DNA from: Octopus sinensis
Taxonomy: Eukaryota
Length of the DNA stretch: 64,000 nt
Direction: 5' to 3'
Assembly: GCF_006345805.1 (NCBI RefSeq)
Contig: NC_042999.1
Span: forward strand, 64,604,001-64,668,000
Positions 1-14,229 of this stretch are shown here, in pieces; within the stretch, counting starts at the first letter, position 1; every line of letters starts with the position of its first letter. The translations under genes were made by a program, and so were the position numbers. The notes beneath the pieces were generated by a model that was not told where the DNA came from, made no database searches, and saw nothing but the letters and a program-made list of their open reading frames with translations.

Positions 1-6
1 AAAGAA

Positions 7-217
7 TCTCTATATATATCAACGGCAAAATGTCTGCGTGCGTGTCCTTTATACAAATCCACAATTTTTCAGTTAGAGGGCTCGCACTTTCTATGGTCAT
101 TGAAAACCGTCCAAGGAAGGTCGTGCACATCTTTACATTTCCCCAGTCACCCTGCAAAGCCATTAAAAAATCAATAGAAGTGACTTTTTTGTGAATTTTG
201 CCGGGTCATAGTGCTAG
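7..217 (+). mobile_element. Short non-autonomous Helitron-like element
   Basis: A|TCTCTATATATATCAACGGCAAAATGTCTG start and gccgggtcatagtgCTAG|T end. The hairpin is incomplete. Confidence 0.5.
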
Positions 218-271
<54 letters not shown>

Positions 272-854
272 GTATATACGCATATACATATATTTAATAT
301 CTATATATGTATATATGTATATGTATAATTATATTTATACAGGTATATCTGTTTGACTGTGAATGTTTGAGAGAGAGAGAGAGAGAGAGAAGGAGTGTGT
401 GCGTGTGTGTGTGTGTGCATATGAGTGCATGTGTGTATAATTGTATCTATTACACACATGCATATATACAGATACATATACACGCTTATATGTAATTGCG
501 TTACATATTTTGTGAGCGTGATGCAGCCAATGTTGTCTCACTCATGCTCTCACACACACATAGTCACACACACACGCACACGTACTATCGCACACACACA
601 CACACGTAAACGCACACGCATACACACACATGCACGCACGTACACACATGCACGCACGCACACATGCGCACACTCACTCACACCCTGAGACAGACGCACG
701 GGTGCAGAAGCAAAGCGACCCGTCTCATACATTCGTATACCCATATGCACACACTAACGCCATCGAAATGTGTACGGTTCCATATTTTGCAAGTTATGTA
801 TTTATAACAATTCTGCACTTCTCGAATAATCCAGCATCTCAGCTAAGTAAATAT

Positions 855-895
<41 letters not shown>

Positions 896-974
896 ACAGA
901 CACATACACTCAGACATAGACACACACACAGTGACACAGCCAGACACACACACATGCATGCCAACACATATATG

Positions 975-1020
<46 letters not shown>

Positions 1021-1027
1021 GATATAT

Positions 1028-1063
<36 letters not shown>

Positions 1064-1236
1064 GATAATATATATAGACAGTCATATGGATATGTATATA
1101 TGTTTATATATATAATCTTACATACATAGAAGTATAATATATAGGTATATATATATACCTAATATATATACATTTATAACGCATACACACACAAATGGAT
1201 ATATATATATACAAACGCAATATGCATATATACATA

Positions 1237-1277
<41 letters not shown>

Positions 1278-1461
1278 ATATAAATAATATATATATATAT
1301 ATACACATACATACACATCCTACACACACAGACTCTCTCTCTCTCTCACACGCACACATAGACACACGCAAACGGATATATATATATATATAAATGCAAT
1401 GTGAATATACATATATATATATACACACACATATACATACACACCCTGCGCACACACAGAC

Positions 1462-1502
<41 letters not shown>

Positions 1503-2168
1503 TTGAAATACAAAACCAACAGCAACAATAAAGCGCCATCTACAAACCAACGAACGAAGCTAATTCCATAAAATCGTCGGCCAGATGCAGTGTTAGCGTG
1601 AAGAACTTATCAGCCCATTTATTCAGGTTCTCAGTGCAGAATAACATCAGACAAAAATGCCAGTGTTTCGCTGTTATTATTATTAATTTTTTTTTTGTTT
1701 TAATCACTGGCAAGTTAAATATTCTTTATATTTTATGTCGAAGAAATTTTGATATTTTAGAGATGTTCTTGAGATATTTTCATGGGTAGTTACAATTTTG
1801 AAGATATTTCGTTTAAGTGAAAACAAAGCGAAAATTTTGTATAATTCCTTTATGAATAATTAAAAGCATTTTGTGTATGTTACATGTGTGTGTGTGTGTG
1901 TGTCTGTCTGTCTGTGTGCTTATGTATAGCATATACATATAACATGCATATATGTTGACTTAAGACGAGCAGCCTTCAGCATTTTGTATTCAAAGGCGTT
2001 TTTGTAAGCCAGTATTTATGACGTATTAATTATAGCTCTATCGGCTTCAAGTTCCACCAGTCCAAAAAGATTTTGAAGACGGGAACTGAAAGAACTCGTT
2101 GTGTGTGTATGCACACAGACAGACAGACACACACACACACACACATACAAATATATGTATATGTGTGT

Positions 2169-2221
<53 letters not shown>

Positions 2222-2493
2222 GTTTCTCATTTGAATACGGTGTGTATTTACAGTGAAAAATACTGCTTGTGGTTAGACGACGATCTAACGTCTATTTTTC
2301 AGTATATTGGCATAGAAAATATTTTTCTTTTGCCCTTATTTATAATTGTTTATAATTTTCACTTTAAAAGGTATTTTAATATGCTGGCCATGATAAAAAA
2401 TTTTTTGAAAAAGTTTTATCCTTTAATAATAGAAGTTGTATATATATATATATATATAATATATATATAAACTTCTATATATATATATATAAG

Positions 2494-2547
<54 letters not shown>

Positions 2548-2744
2548 AAACTTCTTATATATTATGAAACAATATTAATGAAAATTGAATTATAAAAATA
2601 GAAAAAACTATTTATATGCTAAATGCCATATGGCTTTGATGAGTTCTCTTTGTTTCATACGCCATGGAACTGAAAACACCACGGTATTTTCAGTTTCATG
2701 GTAAATAATGTTACTTCGCTTTATTTCACAACTCATTGTTACAG

Positions 2745-2809
2745 TTCGCTACCCTTCGCTACCCTTCGCTTCCCTTCGCTGCTCTTCGCTTCCCTTCGTT
2801 ACCCTTCGC
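2745..2809 (+). repeat. 10-bp tandem repeat (TTCGCTACCC) x about 6
   Basis: Directly visible tandem unit. Confidence 0.85.
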
Positions 2810-3267
2810 CTGATTCATATTTCTCGACTCTTCATTTCATTAAAGATCTTGTCAGAAACACCAACACCGTAAACAACCATTTTGCCCTCTGCTCTGCTGT
2901 GTTAATGAAGAAGAGAGAACATTATCTTATCTAAAACCAGGCTTGAGAGCTTCACATTTCTGACTGCAAACTGTCAGGACCTATTAAGTTCTGCATTGTC
3001 GCGTGGACCATAAAAACTATTGGCCATTTAGAAACCGGAGATTTAAACTTGATAATATTAAATATGAATTCAGTCTTACGCATATTTCAATGAAAGCATT
3101 ATTATTATTATTTTTCCTTTAACACAGGTTTTGTTGGAGCTCCTGAAGTCTTACATGCGTGGCGGGCTTGCTACTTGCAGCTTACGGTACCATGCTATCC
3201 ATTCTTTTCATCCATCTAATACTTCCCTGTATTGTTGTTGTTGTTGTTGTTGCTGTTATTATTATTA

Positions 3268-3307
<40 letters not shown>

Positions 3308-3619
3308 TTATTATTATATTATTATTATTATTATTCCTTTCTTCGTATAATCGCTTGCCGAGTCATTACCTATGACTCAGGGACAAGGGAACGTAAGTGG
3401 TTAAACATTTTCAACTACCTGAATAAGATGTCTTTTCCATTATACACTCAGCACAATGATACATCACACACACGGAAAAGAGTCATTGTATAAATTAAGC
3501 ATAGTGTATACTGAAGACAAAATGTAAATGTATAAGTGGTATGAATCGAAAACATAAAAGTAAGGATATGCAATTATAACCATAGAATAGTATTAACAAA
3601 ATATTGATTTGTAGTTCTC

Positions 3620-4005
3620 GGGAGAACTTGCAATCGGAACGAGACCCAGAGGAGGCCCGAAGTTCCGTTTTAAAGACCAGCTCAAACAGATCCTGGCTCA
3701 AACCAACATCCAGTAATCCTCATGAGAACAGATTGCCATAGATAGGACAGCCTGGAAGACCGCTATTCGCGATTGAGGCAGCTCCTTCGAGCAGAATAGA
3801 CAACAGAATGAGAAGGTAAAACGCAGGAGAAGAAAGGAGCGTCTTCAACATCCTCGACCCGCACCGACCATCCTGTGCGAATTCTGCCCACGACTCTTTC
3901 ACCACCAACCTGGACTCCAAAGTCAAATTCGGAACAAACATCTGACGAGGAGGCTGGATGGAGACTGACGAACCCAATGCTTGGATACGAGCTGCAGCCG
4001 ACAAT
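3620..4005 (+). mobile_element. RTE (BovB-like) LINE 3' fragment, decayed
   Basis: Reading through stops gives GELAIGTRPRGGPKFRFKDQLK..AIDRTAWK..FEQNR..KRRRRKER..CEFCPRLF, the typical RTE ORF C-terminus. Confidence 0.82.
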
Positions 4006-4095
4006 ATATATATATACATATATATATATAAATTAAATTAGAGATAAAACCACTATTAGGTAACTGTAAGTATGGATATAGTCCCTAATATATTA

Positions 4096-4138
<43 letters not shown>

Positions 4139-4604
4139 TATAATATATATATACACATACATACATATATGGTTCAGCTGTACACAAAGTAAGACAGGTG
4201 CGGGAAGAACGGAACAACAAGCAGGTCTATTAGTTTGATACTCGAGAAGAATGGGAAAATCTTTGACGTTTTGACCCAAGAACACATGCATACACATAAG
4301 ACGTTTTCTGATGGTCAGTTGTCTCAGGGGAGACAATCTGTTGAAGATCAAGTTAAGACGGGGTTAATGTTTAAATTTTATATCAAAGAGTAAAGAAAAT
4401 GCATCGAATATGCACATTAATTTTTTTTTTTCATACACATAGAAATTTTAAAATCTCTTGTCATTAGTATTCTTAATCGTGTTCTTATTTAACTTCAGCT
4501 TAATCTCGATCTAACAGACCAGGTTTAGATTTTGTGGCTATTTCCAACAGGTCGAGACATCGCATGTAGGCTCCTTCATTGGTTTATGTATGTATGTGCT
4601 AGTA

Positions 4605-4986
4605 GGGTGCTAAAAGAGCACCATCCGAGTGTGATCGTTGCCAGAGCGGCTAACTAGCTTCCGTGCCGGTGGCATGTAGGAGGCACCATTCGAGCGAGAT
4701 CGTTACCAGCATCGCCTTACTTCACCTGTGCCGTTGGCATGTCGAAAAAATTCGAGCGAGGTCGTTGCCAGTACCGCCTGACTGGCCCCCGTGCCGGTGG
4801 CACGTAAAAGCACCCACTACACTCTCTGAGTGGTTGGCGTTAGGAAGGGCATCCAGCTGTAGAAACTCTGCTAGATCAAGATTGGAGCCTGGTGCAGCCA
4901 TCTGATTCACCAGCCCACAGTCAAACCGTCCAACCCATGCTAACATGGAAAGCAGACGTAAAACGACGACGACGACGATGATGATG
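4605..4986 (+). mobile_element. Short retroposon fragment with three internal subrepeats of about 60-65 bp and an RTE-type (GAT/GAC)n tail
   Basis: Repeated cgagcgag(a/g)tcgtt(a/g)ccag..gtgccg(g/t)tggca unit; ends ggaaagcagacgtaaaacgacgacgacgacgatgatgatg. Confidence 0.6.
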
Positions 4987-5012
4987 TATGTATGTATGCA
5001 TGTATGTATGTA

Positions 5013-5230
5013 CGAGGGGTTGCTGGAAAGTTCGTGGCTTTAGGTAAAAGAAAATACAGGAGGATCAGTTAATTATGATTTTATCCAGCGTATTCCTCAC
5101 TCAGATTCACACACTTATTGCAGCGGCCCTTCAATTTTACTAAGCTTCTGCGAAAGAACTCAGAATGTCAGGCATCCAACCAGGCCTTTTGCGACGCCCT
5201 AAAAGCCAGGAACTTTTCAGCACCCTCTCG
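5013..5230. mobile_element. Mariner-type MITE, about 29-bp TIRs
   Basis: Left TA|cgaggggttgctggaaagttcgtggcttt; right aaagccaggaacttttcagcaccctctcg. Confidence 0.8.
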
Positions 5231-5338
5231 AATGTATGTATGTATGTATGTATGTATGTATGTATGTATGTATGTATGTATGCATGCATGTATGTATGTA
5301 TGTATGTATGTATGTGTGTATGTATGTATGTATGTATG

Positions 5339-5372
<34 letters not shown>

Positions 5373-6484
5373 TGTATGTATGTATGTATGTATGTATGTA
5401 TGTATGTATGCATGTATGTATGTTTGTAAATAAGGGGAGGTAAAATGTGTGTGTCGTGTATTTTGTGCAATTGTGTTACATATTCCTTCTGTTTTTTAAA
5501 TATTAAAAAAAAATTTTTTTCCAGAAGCAATTTACAAATTATTTAATTTTATCCCATTAAGGAAGGAGGGAGAAAATTGAAGGAGTATCTTCAGTGCTTC
5601 GTGAATGGTTAGCAATGATTGCGATGGTGCTGACAATAGAGAATCTATCGGTGGTGGCGGTGAGTGACTTGACGGGAGTGGTAGTAATATCGGGGTTTGA
5701 GGAGGTTGTGGTGGTGTTAATTGCACTGGAGGGGATAAGGGTAACATGGTGATCTTAGTGGCGATGGAAATAATAGTTGTAGTTTTGTAGGTGACGACAG
5801 TGGGAGCAGCAGTGATACTGGTGGTGTTGGTTGTATTGTTTGCCAGGTTTGGTAATGGCCGTTACACATGCTGCTGCTGCTGCTACTTTTGATGTGGTTG
5901 TTGTAGTTTTTGTTGGTTGTAGCGGATATTATGGAAGCTTAATGAGTTAGTATTAATGGTAATTACTAGAGTAGAAGTAGTAGTGGTGGGAATGGTGGCC
6001 ATGCATGGAAGTATCTGAGTCTAGTAGAAACAGGGTTTATGTATCTATAAATATATGTATGTGTGTGTATGTGTTTATAGGTGTATAGGTGGGAAGCGGT
6101 GGGACGGAGAAAACAACAGCTCATTGTCTGTTGTTAGATATAATTACGTACTAAGTGGCATTAGAGCCAATATCACTCATGATTATATATCATGCTAGAG
6201 CGCGTGTATGTGTGAGTTTGTGTGTGTGTGTGTGTTTATGTGCGTGTGCATATATGCGACATGTGAATGCATGCGTACATGTGTGTATACACGCACACAC
6301 ACATACGCACGCAGAACACACACACGCACGCAGACACACACACACGCACACACGCACGCAGACACACACACACGCACGCAGACACACACACACGGACACA
6401 CATACACACAGAGGATTAAACGTGCGAAGAAAATAGATATCAGAACACTAAGGGAAACGAAACGGAATTACATATTCCATTTAC

Positions 6485-7025
6485 AAATACTATCCTTTAC
6501 TTCAATACACTACCCTTGAAACAACGAGGCTTATAACACCATTATTCAAAATTTAGCTATGCTCATTAGGGAGCCAAAGATAAAACACATTCTACAAGCA
6601 CACAAACTCATCAAAAGTAAAAACAAACTAAATCACAAAAAATGAATATTGATAAATGCGAAATTATACCCAACAACAACAACAACAACAACGAAACCAA
6701 GAGTTAAAAGATTCGAGCGTCCAAACTGTAGAATTTGCCCCAACCTAGTTGAAGGTTCAGGACAGAGATACATAAGGACAGAGATACATAATTAAGACTA
6801 ATATCATCTGTGAATCCAAAAATTTAATTTATGTGATAACTTGTTCAGGATGTGGACACAACTATATAAGCCAAACAAAGATGTCCCTCAGAGAGAGAAC
6901 TACACTTCATAAGGAACAGGTAAAGACAGATACCATTGAGCGAACACATGGAGAGGTGTGCAGGGAATCTCCAGCTAAACTTCTCTGCTTTCCCCTTTTA
7001 CCAGTGCAAGGAAACAATTTCAATG
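6485..7025 (+). mobile_element. Penelope-like element fragment (linker plus GIY-YIG endonuclease)
   Basis: PNCRICPNL (CxxC) followed by CESKNLIYVITCSGCGHNYISQTKMSLRERTTLHK, a PLE GIY-YIG signature. Frameshifted. Confidence 0.8.
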
Positions 7026-7041
7026 AGAGTGTGTGTGTGTA

Positions 7042-7093
<52 letters not shown>

Positions 7094-8249
7094 TATAGCA
7101 GTTTCTGAAAAATAGAGGATAGAAGACTCTGCTGTCTTTTATTTTCCCTTCGTTATTTTAACTCCGGCAATTTTACTGTACTCTGTGATGCTCTCACTAA
7201 CTGCTGTTGTGACGCGTCTCGTCTGCTACCGATATATATTGAGTCCCTCGACCCACCAAATTTTGGCACAAGGCCAGCAAACTCGAGGGAGGGGTTAAGT
7301 TGATTACATCGATCCCAGTCCTCAGTTGGTACTTATTTTATCGACCACAAAGTATGAAAGGCAAAGTCGACCTCGGTGGAATTTGAACTCAACGTAAAAC
7401 CGGACGAAATGCAGCTAAACATTTTACCCAGCATGTTAACGATTCTGCCAGATCTCGCCGCTTTATTTAACTATTTTTGATATCAATACAATTACAATTA
7501 CTCAGTAAATAAAAAAAATAGGTCTATTGCAGCTACATTTATATTGCTGTTGCACTACTTTTTCGCAATGTCAGTGGCGCTATCCTTTGAGAAATTATGA
7601 AATATTGACATCTACCCTCAATGAACAAAATCATTTTCTCTCGCATTTAGTGTCTAGAACTTTGTCCATACAATACCAGGGCCCTGTTGATGTCACAAGC
7701 ATTTTCAGCCCTGCAAATTATTTCCCTCATGTATGGCATATGTATCAAGGAGATATGAATATAATATCGCATTTAAAGTTGAAATAGGCTGTCACCAGTT
7801 GTGCGTGTTATACAATTGCTATGTTGTGTCGTATGAAGAACTGCAGAACAGTTGAAGAGGAGAGAATAGTGTTGGGTACTACAATACTACCCGATAGCAA
7901 ACCAACAAGCAGGTAGCAAATGTCTGGTGACTTCGCGCAACGATGCGTAACAAACACATTACTGATTTGACCACAGATTCTGTCTGACAACAGACATTTA
8001 ACGTGTCTCTCGAGCACTGTCCGATTGCATGGATGAGACTTTGATTAATATAAATTTTTTTTCCTAGACTTAAATTTCCAAAACAATGGTGCGTCTTCCA
8101 CGATGTAATGTCTACCATGCCGCAAAATGAGGTAAATCAAATTGGGCTCTCAAAAACTGAACGGAGTTCCACCAAATTGGAGTTTCAAAAACTGAGCGCA
8201 AAACCTGATGAAACAGGCTTACAATCAAAACCATTTTCGAGGCTCATCC

Positions 8250-8600
8250 AGGACTACATAACCCAATGAGTTCATTCTTTTTAAGACTGGTAATGTGTGG
8301 TTTTAATAGGAAGTTTTCTAATATATCTAAGGGGTTGAAAGACCAGGTTGAAGAAGCTATTTTATTGGTTCGTAAAAATCTATATACTCCATCAACTATT
8401 GAAACTTAATTGAATTTTATAATTAAATACGTGAAATAAGTCACGACAAGAATTCTGCTTCAGGTGCAGTTTAATTTAGTATTCTTCCTCCAGGTTTGCA
8501 GTGAGAAGATCTTTCAACTATCGTTTCCCTACTTCAAAATTCTACCATGTCATAATTAAGGTCTTCACAGAATTAGTTGAAAGCGTATGAGGTTTTAAAT
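8250..8600 (-). repeat. Dispersed repeat shared with 15527-15830; possibly decayed L1/Tx1-like LINE C-terminal region
   Basis: taacccaatgagttca..ggaagttttcta..gaaagaccagg(t/c)tgaagaa..aactattgaaa aligns between the two loci. The family assignment rests on weak FYKDLITSW and HAIGQC motifs. Confidence 0.5.
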
Positions 8601-9557
8601 GTTACCACAAACATCCACCACCAAATATCTCCACCTCAACCCCACCCAAGAAACGACTCAAACCCCAATTGAATAGCAAACCTTAGATACTGAACTCTTT
8701 CACCTCTGTTCTGACGGTGCTCAGCACCTGCACTCTAGATATATAAGCGGTCAGTATTGTCCAGCCTAACTTTTGAAGAAGACTATCACATTCAGATTGA
8801 AAACATTAAGTATTTTGCCTTTTCATCAGAAATACTTGTCGGTAAGAAAATGCTAATGTAACAGCTTAAAAACATGTGTGGTTTCGAAGGTCAGACAGAC
8901 TGTTCGTATGGCCACAAGCTGGGGTTCCCAGTAAAAGAAAAAAAATGTGTCAGTTTTTGGTGCGTTATATCCCTCTCTTATGTCATAAACGCCAATTAAC
9001 ATTATTTATTTATCATTATTTAGTTTTCCCTATCATCCCACCTTTTGAGTCAGAATAACCTGATATCCCCGTTCAGAAATTCAGCTGGGCAAGTTCATTA
9101 AGTTATCATGCATGTATAATTTAGATTTCTTTTATTTTCTTTGAGAAGTTTGCAAACTTTACATTCAATATCGTCAGTGTTGACTGCACGTTTTGTTTAT
9201 TCTGTGAGTTTCACTGAAACGCCCTTTCGCAGCAACGCGGTCCTTCAGCACAAACTAAAGAGAAAAAAAAAAAAAGAAAGAAGGAAAAGAAGCGGGAAAC
9301 ATAAAGAAGTACAAACCTTAATTTCATCTTTCACTTTCGCAAGGAACGCTTCGTTAATTTGAATATTTGACATAATTTACATGTAAATGCTTTGCAAAAA
9401 ATTACCATTTAGTAATATTTGTTCATTTAGATTTTCGATGAAAGTATGATCATTCAATCAAATTTTAAGATTAGTGTTAAATATTTTAAATTGTTTTTTT
9501 GTATTTATATATAATATATATATATATACAGACATAAACATCCACACACGCATATAT

Positions 9558-9759
9558 ATGCGGGGTGCTGAAAAGTTCCTGGCTTTGGGTAAAAGAAAAT
9601 ACAGGAGAATCAGTTTATTATGATTGTATTCAACAGATGCACACACATATTGAAGCAGCCCCTCAGTTTTTCTAAGCCCGGTAAAAGAACTCGGAAGGTT
9701 AGACCTCCAGCCAAGCCATTCGCGGTACCCTTAAAGCCAAGAACTTTCAACATCCCTCG
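9558..9759. mobile_element. Second copy of the same mariner-type MITE
   Basis: ggggtgctgaaaagttcctggcttt...aaagccaagaactttcaacatccctcg; internal sequence is colinear with 5013-5230. Confidence 0.78.
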
Positions 9760-10013
9760 TGTGTGTATGTGTGTGTATAAGTATGTATGTATGTATGTAT
9801 GTTAGTATTTGTATGTATGATGATGTATGTATGTATGCATGCATGTATGTATGATGTATGTATGTATGTATGCATGTATGTATGTATGTATATATGTATG
9901 TATGTATATATATATATGTATATGTATGTATATATTATATATGTATATGTATATATATATATGTATATATATATGTATGTATATATATATATATGTATAT
10001 ATATGTATATTTA

Positions 10014-10133
<120 letters not shown>

Positions 10134-10172
10134 CTATATATAATATATAGATATATATTATATATATATATA

Positions 10173-10289
10173 TATCTGTAAATATAATATGTGATAATTA
10201 TTCGGTAGCCATGATAAAAAATCCGAATTTCGGATGTCGGAGTTTTATCATGGCTACTGAATAATTGTCACATTTTATATTTACAGATA
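10173..10289. repeat. Palindromic hairpin (about 47-bp arms, 3 mismatches)
   Basis: tatctgtaaatataatatgtgataattattcggtagccatgataaaa / ttttatcatggctactgaataattgtcacattttatatttacagata. Confidence 0.8.
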
Positions 10290-10781
10290 AATTCCTCTAT
10301 TTACATAATATCGAGATCTCTTTCATTCTTTTGTTGTCTTGCCATTTCTATCAATGTGTGTGTGTGTATGTGTGTGTATAGGATATCTATGCGCTTTCAT
10401 GCGCCGACGCGTCAATATGAGAGGATCTCTCATGGCTAACAATCTGCAGTATTCGGTATCCACATTTCTCTACATAGAAAGATTACCTTTTGGTATTAAA
10501 ATTGCTTCCATCGTTGATAACTAATTCCTAAGGAGTCTGTTGGCCGTTTGCAACATCAGCGTCTAAAAAGATGCTGAAATTCTATGTATCGTGGCAGCGA
10601 GGTTTGACTGGCAACCACTCACTCGGTGCTTCCCACTGATGATTTCCAATAAAACCAAATCACGTGGTATGAGAATTCGCGCGGCCTTACGAGACAGATT
10701 TCGTCTGCTATCATCAATGAGTGTACCTTTATGCATCAAGCGCCTACATGAGAGGCGCTTATATATATATATATATATATA

Positions 10782-10828
<47 letters not shown>

Positions 10829-10830
<2 letters not shown>

Positions 10831-11212
10831 TGGAAGCACTCCGTCGGTTACGACGACGAGGGTTCCGGTTGATCCGATGAACGGAACAGCCTGCTCGTGA
10901 AATTAACGTGTAAGTGGCTGAGCACTCCACAGACACGTGTACCCTTAACGCAGTTCTCGGGGATATTCAGCGTGACACAGAGAGTGACAAGGTCGGCCCT
11001 TTGAAATACAGGTACAACAGAAACAGGAAGTAAGAGTGAGAGAAAGTTGTGGTGAAAGAGTACAGCAGGGATCACCACCATCCCTGCCGGAGCCTCGTGG
11101 AGCTTTAGGTGTTTTCGCTCAATAAACACTCATAACGCCCGGTCTGGGAATCGAAACCGCGATCCTACGACCGCGAGTCCGCTGCCCTAACCACTGGGCC
11201 ATTGCGCCTCCA
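10829..11212 (-). mobile_element. SINE family C (GGAGGCGCAATGGCCCAGTGGTTAG head), long-tail subtype
   Basis: A box TGGCCCAGTGG and B box GTTTCGATTCC; same subtype at 20767-21125(+). Confidence 0.85.
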
Positions 11213-12411
11213 TATATATATATATATACACATATATATGCATGTATGTATATATTATATACATAGTGAAAGTATTAATAGTGAAACTATTAAAACTGAA
11301 ACTATTATCTCACATTACAATAGAGATATCATTGTTTCACTTTTGACACGTAATACCGAAACTGTGTAAGAGATTACTCGGGGCTCGTATTAGGCAATAA
11401 GTTGAAACCTTTTTGGTCTATGACACTGTATGAACCCTAAGTAGTGTGTGTGTAAAATTTGAATGAAATCGGTTGAGTTGTTCTCAAGTTTTAGTACAAA
11501 CAGACAGGCAATAGATAGACATACATTCTCAGTTTTGTGGCTAGCGTATAAAAAAGCCACCATATCGGTAAAATTAATTTTTCAGTATCTTATTATAAAA
11601 AAATATAATCATAATTAAGGGCGCTGGAGGGCCAACGCCAATAAGCTAGAAGTAGATGTCAAATGGCTACAAACCACTCTAAATTTGTTCTGTTTTTGTA
11701 ACACAAAGCTGAATTCGAGAGAATGGACAAGAAGATTTGTAAGATTTCGGATAACTCTATATCTTAAAATTTCGTGTTCTGTTATGAAAATTACTTTATA
11801 CACTTCAGTAGAAGTACATTGACAATACATAAGCGAAAAATACATATACATAACGATAAACCTCTGCGTACAGATACCAATGTATACATTCATTTCCCGC
11901 GTATACATTATACCTATTCATCCATCTCAGCCATGTGGTTAATGCAAGAAATAATGCCGGGATGAATTTAGTTGCAGAGCAAAATATAATGGCTAGAGAA
12001 CTCAAAATTATATATACTTAAAAATTGACGATATAGCTCCAAAATTTCTAAAATAGATAGAAAAGTCCGAAGATTTACTTTGATCTAATGTTAGAACGTC
12101 TCTCATATTTACAGAAAATGCAGATTTGACTTTTTCTATACAAATGTTTTAAAACACAATATTTACACGCTATTACGTTCTGAGTTTAAATTCCGCCGAG
12201 GTCGACTTTGTCTTTCATGGTTCCGGGGTCGATAAATTAAATACCAGTTGCGTACTGGAGTCGATCTAATCGACTGCCCCTCCCCCGCCACAAAATTTTG
12301 GTCCTTAGAAAAGAATATTTACGCGCTATAATCTAAAGCTTTTCTATTTTGAGCTCAACCGTTATAAACGAAGTACTTCACGTTCTCTCGAGGTTTCTGA
12401 ATTTTTATGAC

Positions 12412-12454
<43 letters not shown>

Positions 12455-12455
12455 G

Positions 12456-12490
<35 letters not shown>

Positions 12491-13476
12491 CAGACAGACA
12501 GAAATACTACACACACACGCATCCATTTATGTAAAGCAAATAACAGAATCAAAAGAACTCTAAAAAAAAACAACAAAATGGCTGACATTTGATTCCCATC
12601 TGTACTTTTTCCCTTTTTGACGTGATGAATAAGCTATTTATTTATTATACTTATCTATTCTTCAATAAATGTATGTCTTCTGTTTAGATGCTTTCATAAT
12701 TATGTCTTTATCTGGTCAAGTGATTTCTTAAGAGCGACTCAATTTGTCTTGTCGAAATAACAACGAGACTTAATCGTTATGTACGACAGTCAAAATGTTT
12801 TCTATTTAATTTGACCTTTCATAAAACAGATTTAAACAAAGGAACTATTATATTAAGTAATTTTTCTTTTTGTAAATACTTATGTGTGTGTGTGTGTGTG
12901 TGTGTGAGCGGGCGCGTACGTGTGCGTGTGTATGTGTTAATGTAACATAAACTAACATAGTCGGTGTGTCAGGTCAACGTACGCATAGGCAGTAAGGCAG
13001 TAACGTATATTTATATACACACATAATCACTCGGAAAAACATACATACATATATGTGTGTGTGTGTGTGTGTGTGTGTACATGCGTGCATGTGTGTATAT
13101 GTATGTATATGTACGTATGTATATGTACGTACGTATGTATGTGTATATATATATACACACATACATACATACATATATATTTACATATATATATTATATT
13201 TATATACATATACATATACATATATATATATTATATATATATATACATATACATATACATATATATATACATATACATATACATATACATATATATATAT
13301 ATATAATATATATATATAATATATATTATATATATATTATATATATAATGTATATATATTGTATGCAAGCATACACATACACGCGTCTGGTTGGACGTTT
13401 GAAATTATGAGCGTGTATGTTGTGTACGTATGCGATTATGATTTATGCCTGCTTGTGTTATAACCTACATACACAA

Positions 13477-13507
<31 letters not shown>

Positions 13508-14229
13508 CGCACACACATATATATATATACACACGCGCACACACACTCACACACACACACACACATACACACACACAAACGTACACACAACATAGATATC
13601 TCCTAACGATTCTTTTCCCCTAATACCTGTGAAGATGTGTCGCCATGTCCGGTTTCCTACTTCCGGCACACAATTTCCTTTCAAGAGCCATCAAACAGCG
13701 ACTCAATCATTTTACAAAAGAGACATTATTGGATAACTAATTCCTGTATACTGTGGAAAGAATGTTTAAATTAATATCTCTAATACACACACACACAAGC
13801 AGAAATGCAAATACACGTGCAAACCTACCCATACATGCAGAGTTAACGAAATATATCGCGCGCGCGCACACTCACACACGTACCCACGCGCACACACACG
13901 CACTCACACACACGCACGTGGATAGATGCGCCTGATGTGCTCACGTACGTTTGCTCACATCTGCGCACCAAGAAGGTTACGTAAGTAATTTACTGAAAAT
14001 TTTCGTTGACTATTAAATTTTCTGCTATGTGTCTACTCTGTAGAAGGTGAACAAATGGTTGGAACATTGCGGTTTCGATTCCCTCTTGATCTGTTTCACT
14101 AACTCGTTTCTAGTGTCTTTATCGCTAAATTACACAATCGATATGTTACGGTCGTAATGTCTTTTTCACATTCCTTCAAGACTTGCATTGCTTTCTGTTT
14201 TTTTTTTCATTCACTTGTTTAGAATATGG

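Noticed and set aside
301-1539. Many 60-145 aa ORFs rich in Y/I/H/T/C/V (also at 9.8-10.2, 13.0-13.4, 33.7-34.2 and 52.5-53.3 kb and elsewhere)
   Set aside because: They are translations of (TA)n, (CA)n, (TATG)n and (TCTA)n microsatellites, which lack stop codons by composition.
2630-2701. ttgatga-gttc...gaac-t-gaaa hammerhead-like string
   Set aside because: The core is altered, an extra base precedes GAAA, and there is no stem I/III. It is better explained by the local hairpin ccatggaactgaaaacacc/ggtattttcagtttcatgg.
10829-11212. tRNA-like sequences here and at other SINE heads, considered as tRNA genes
   Set aside because: They lack proper acceptor stems and run into shared SINE bodies, so they are SINE heads.
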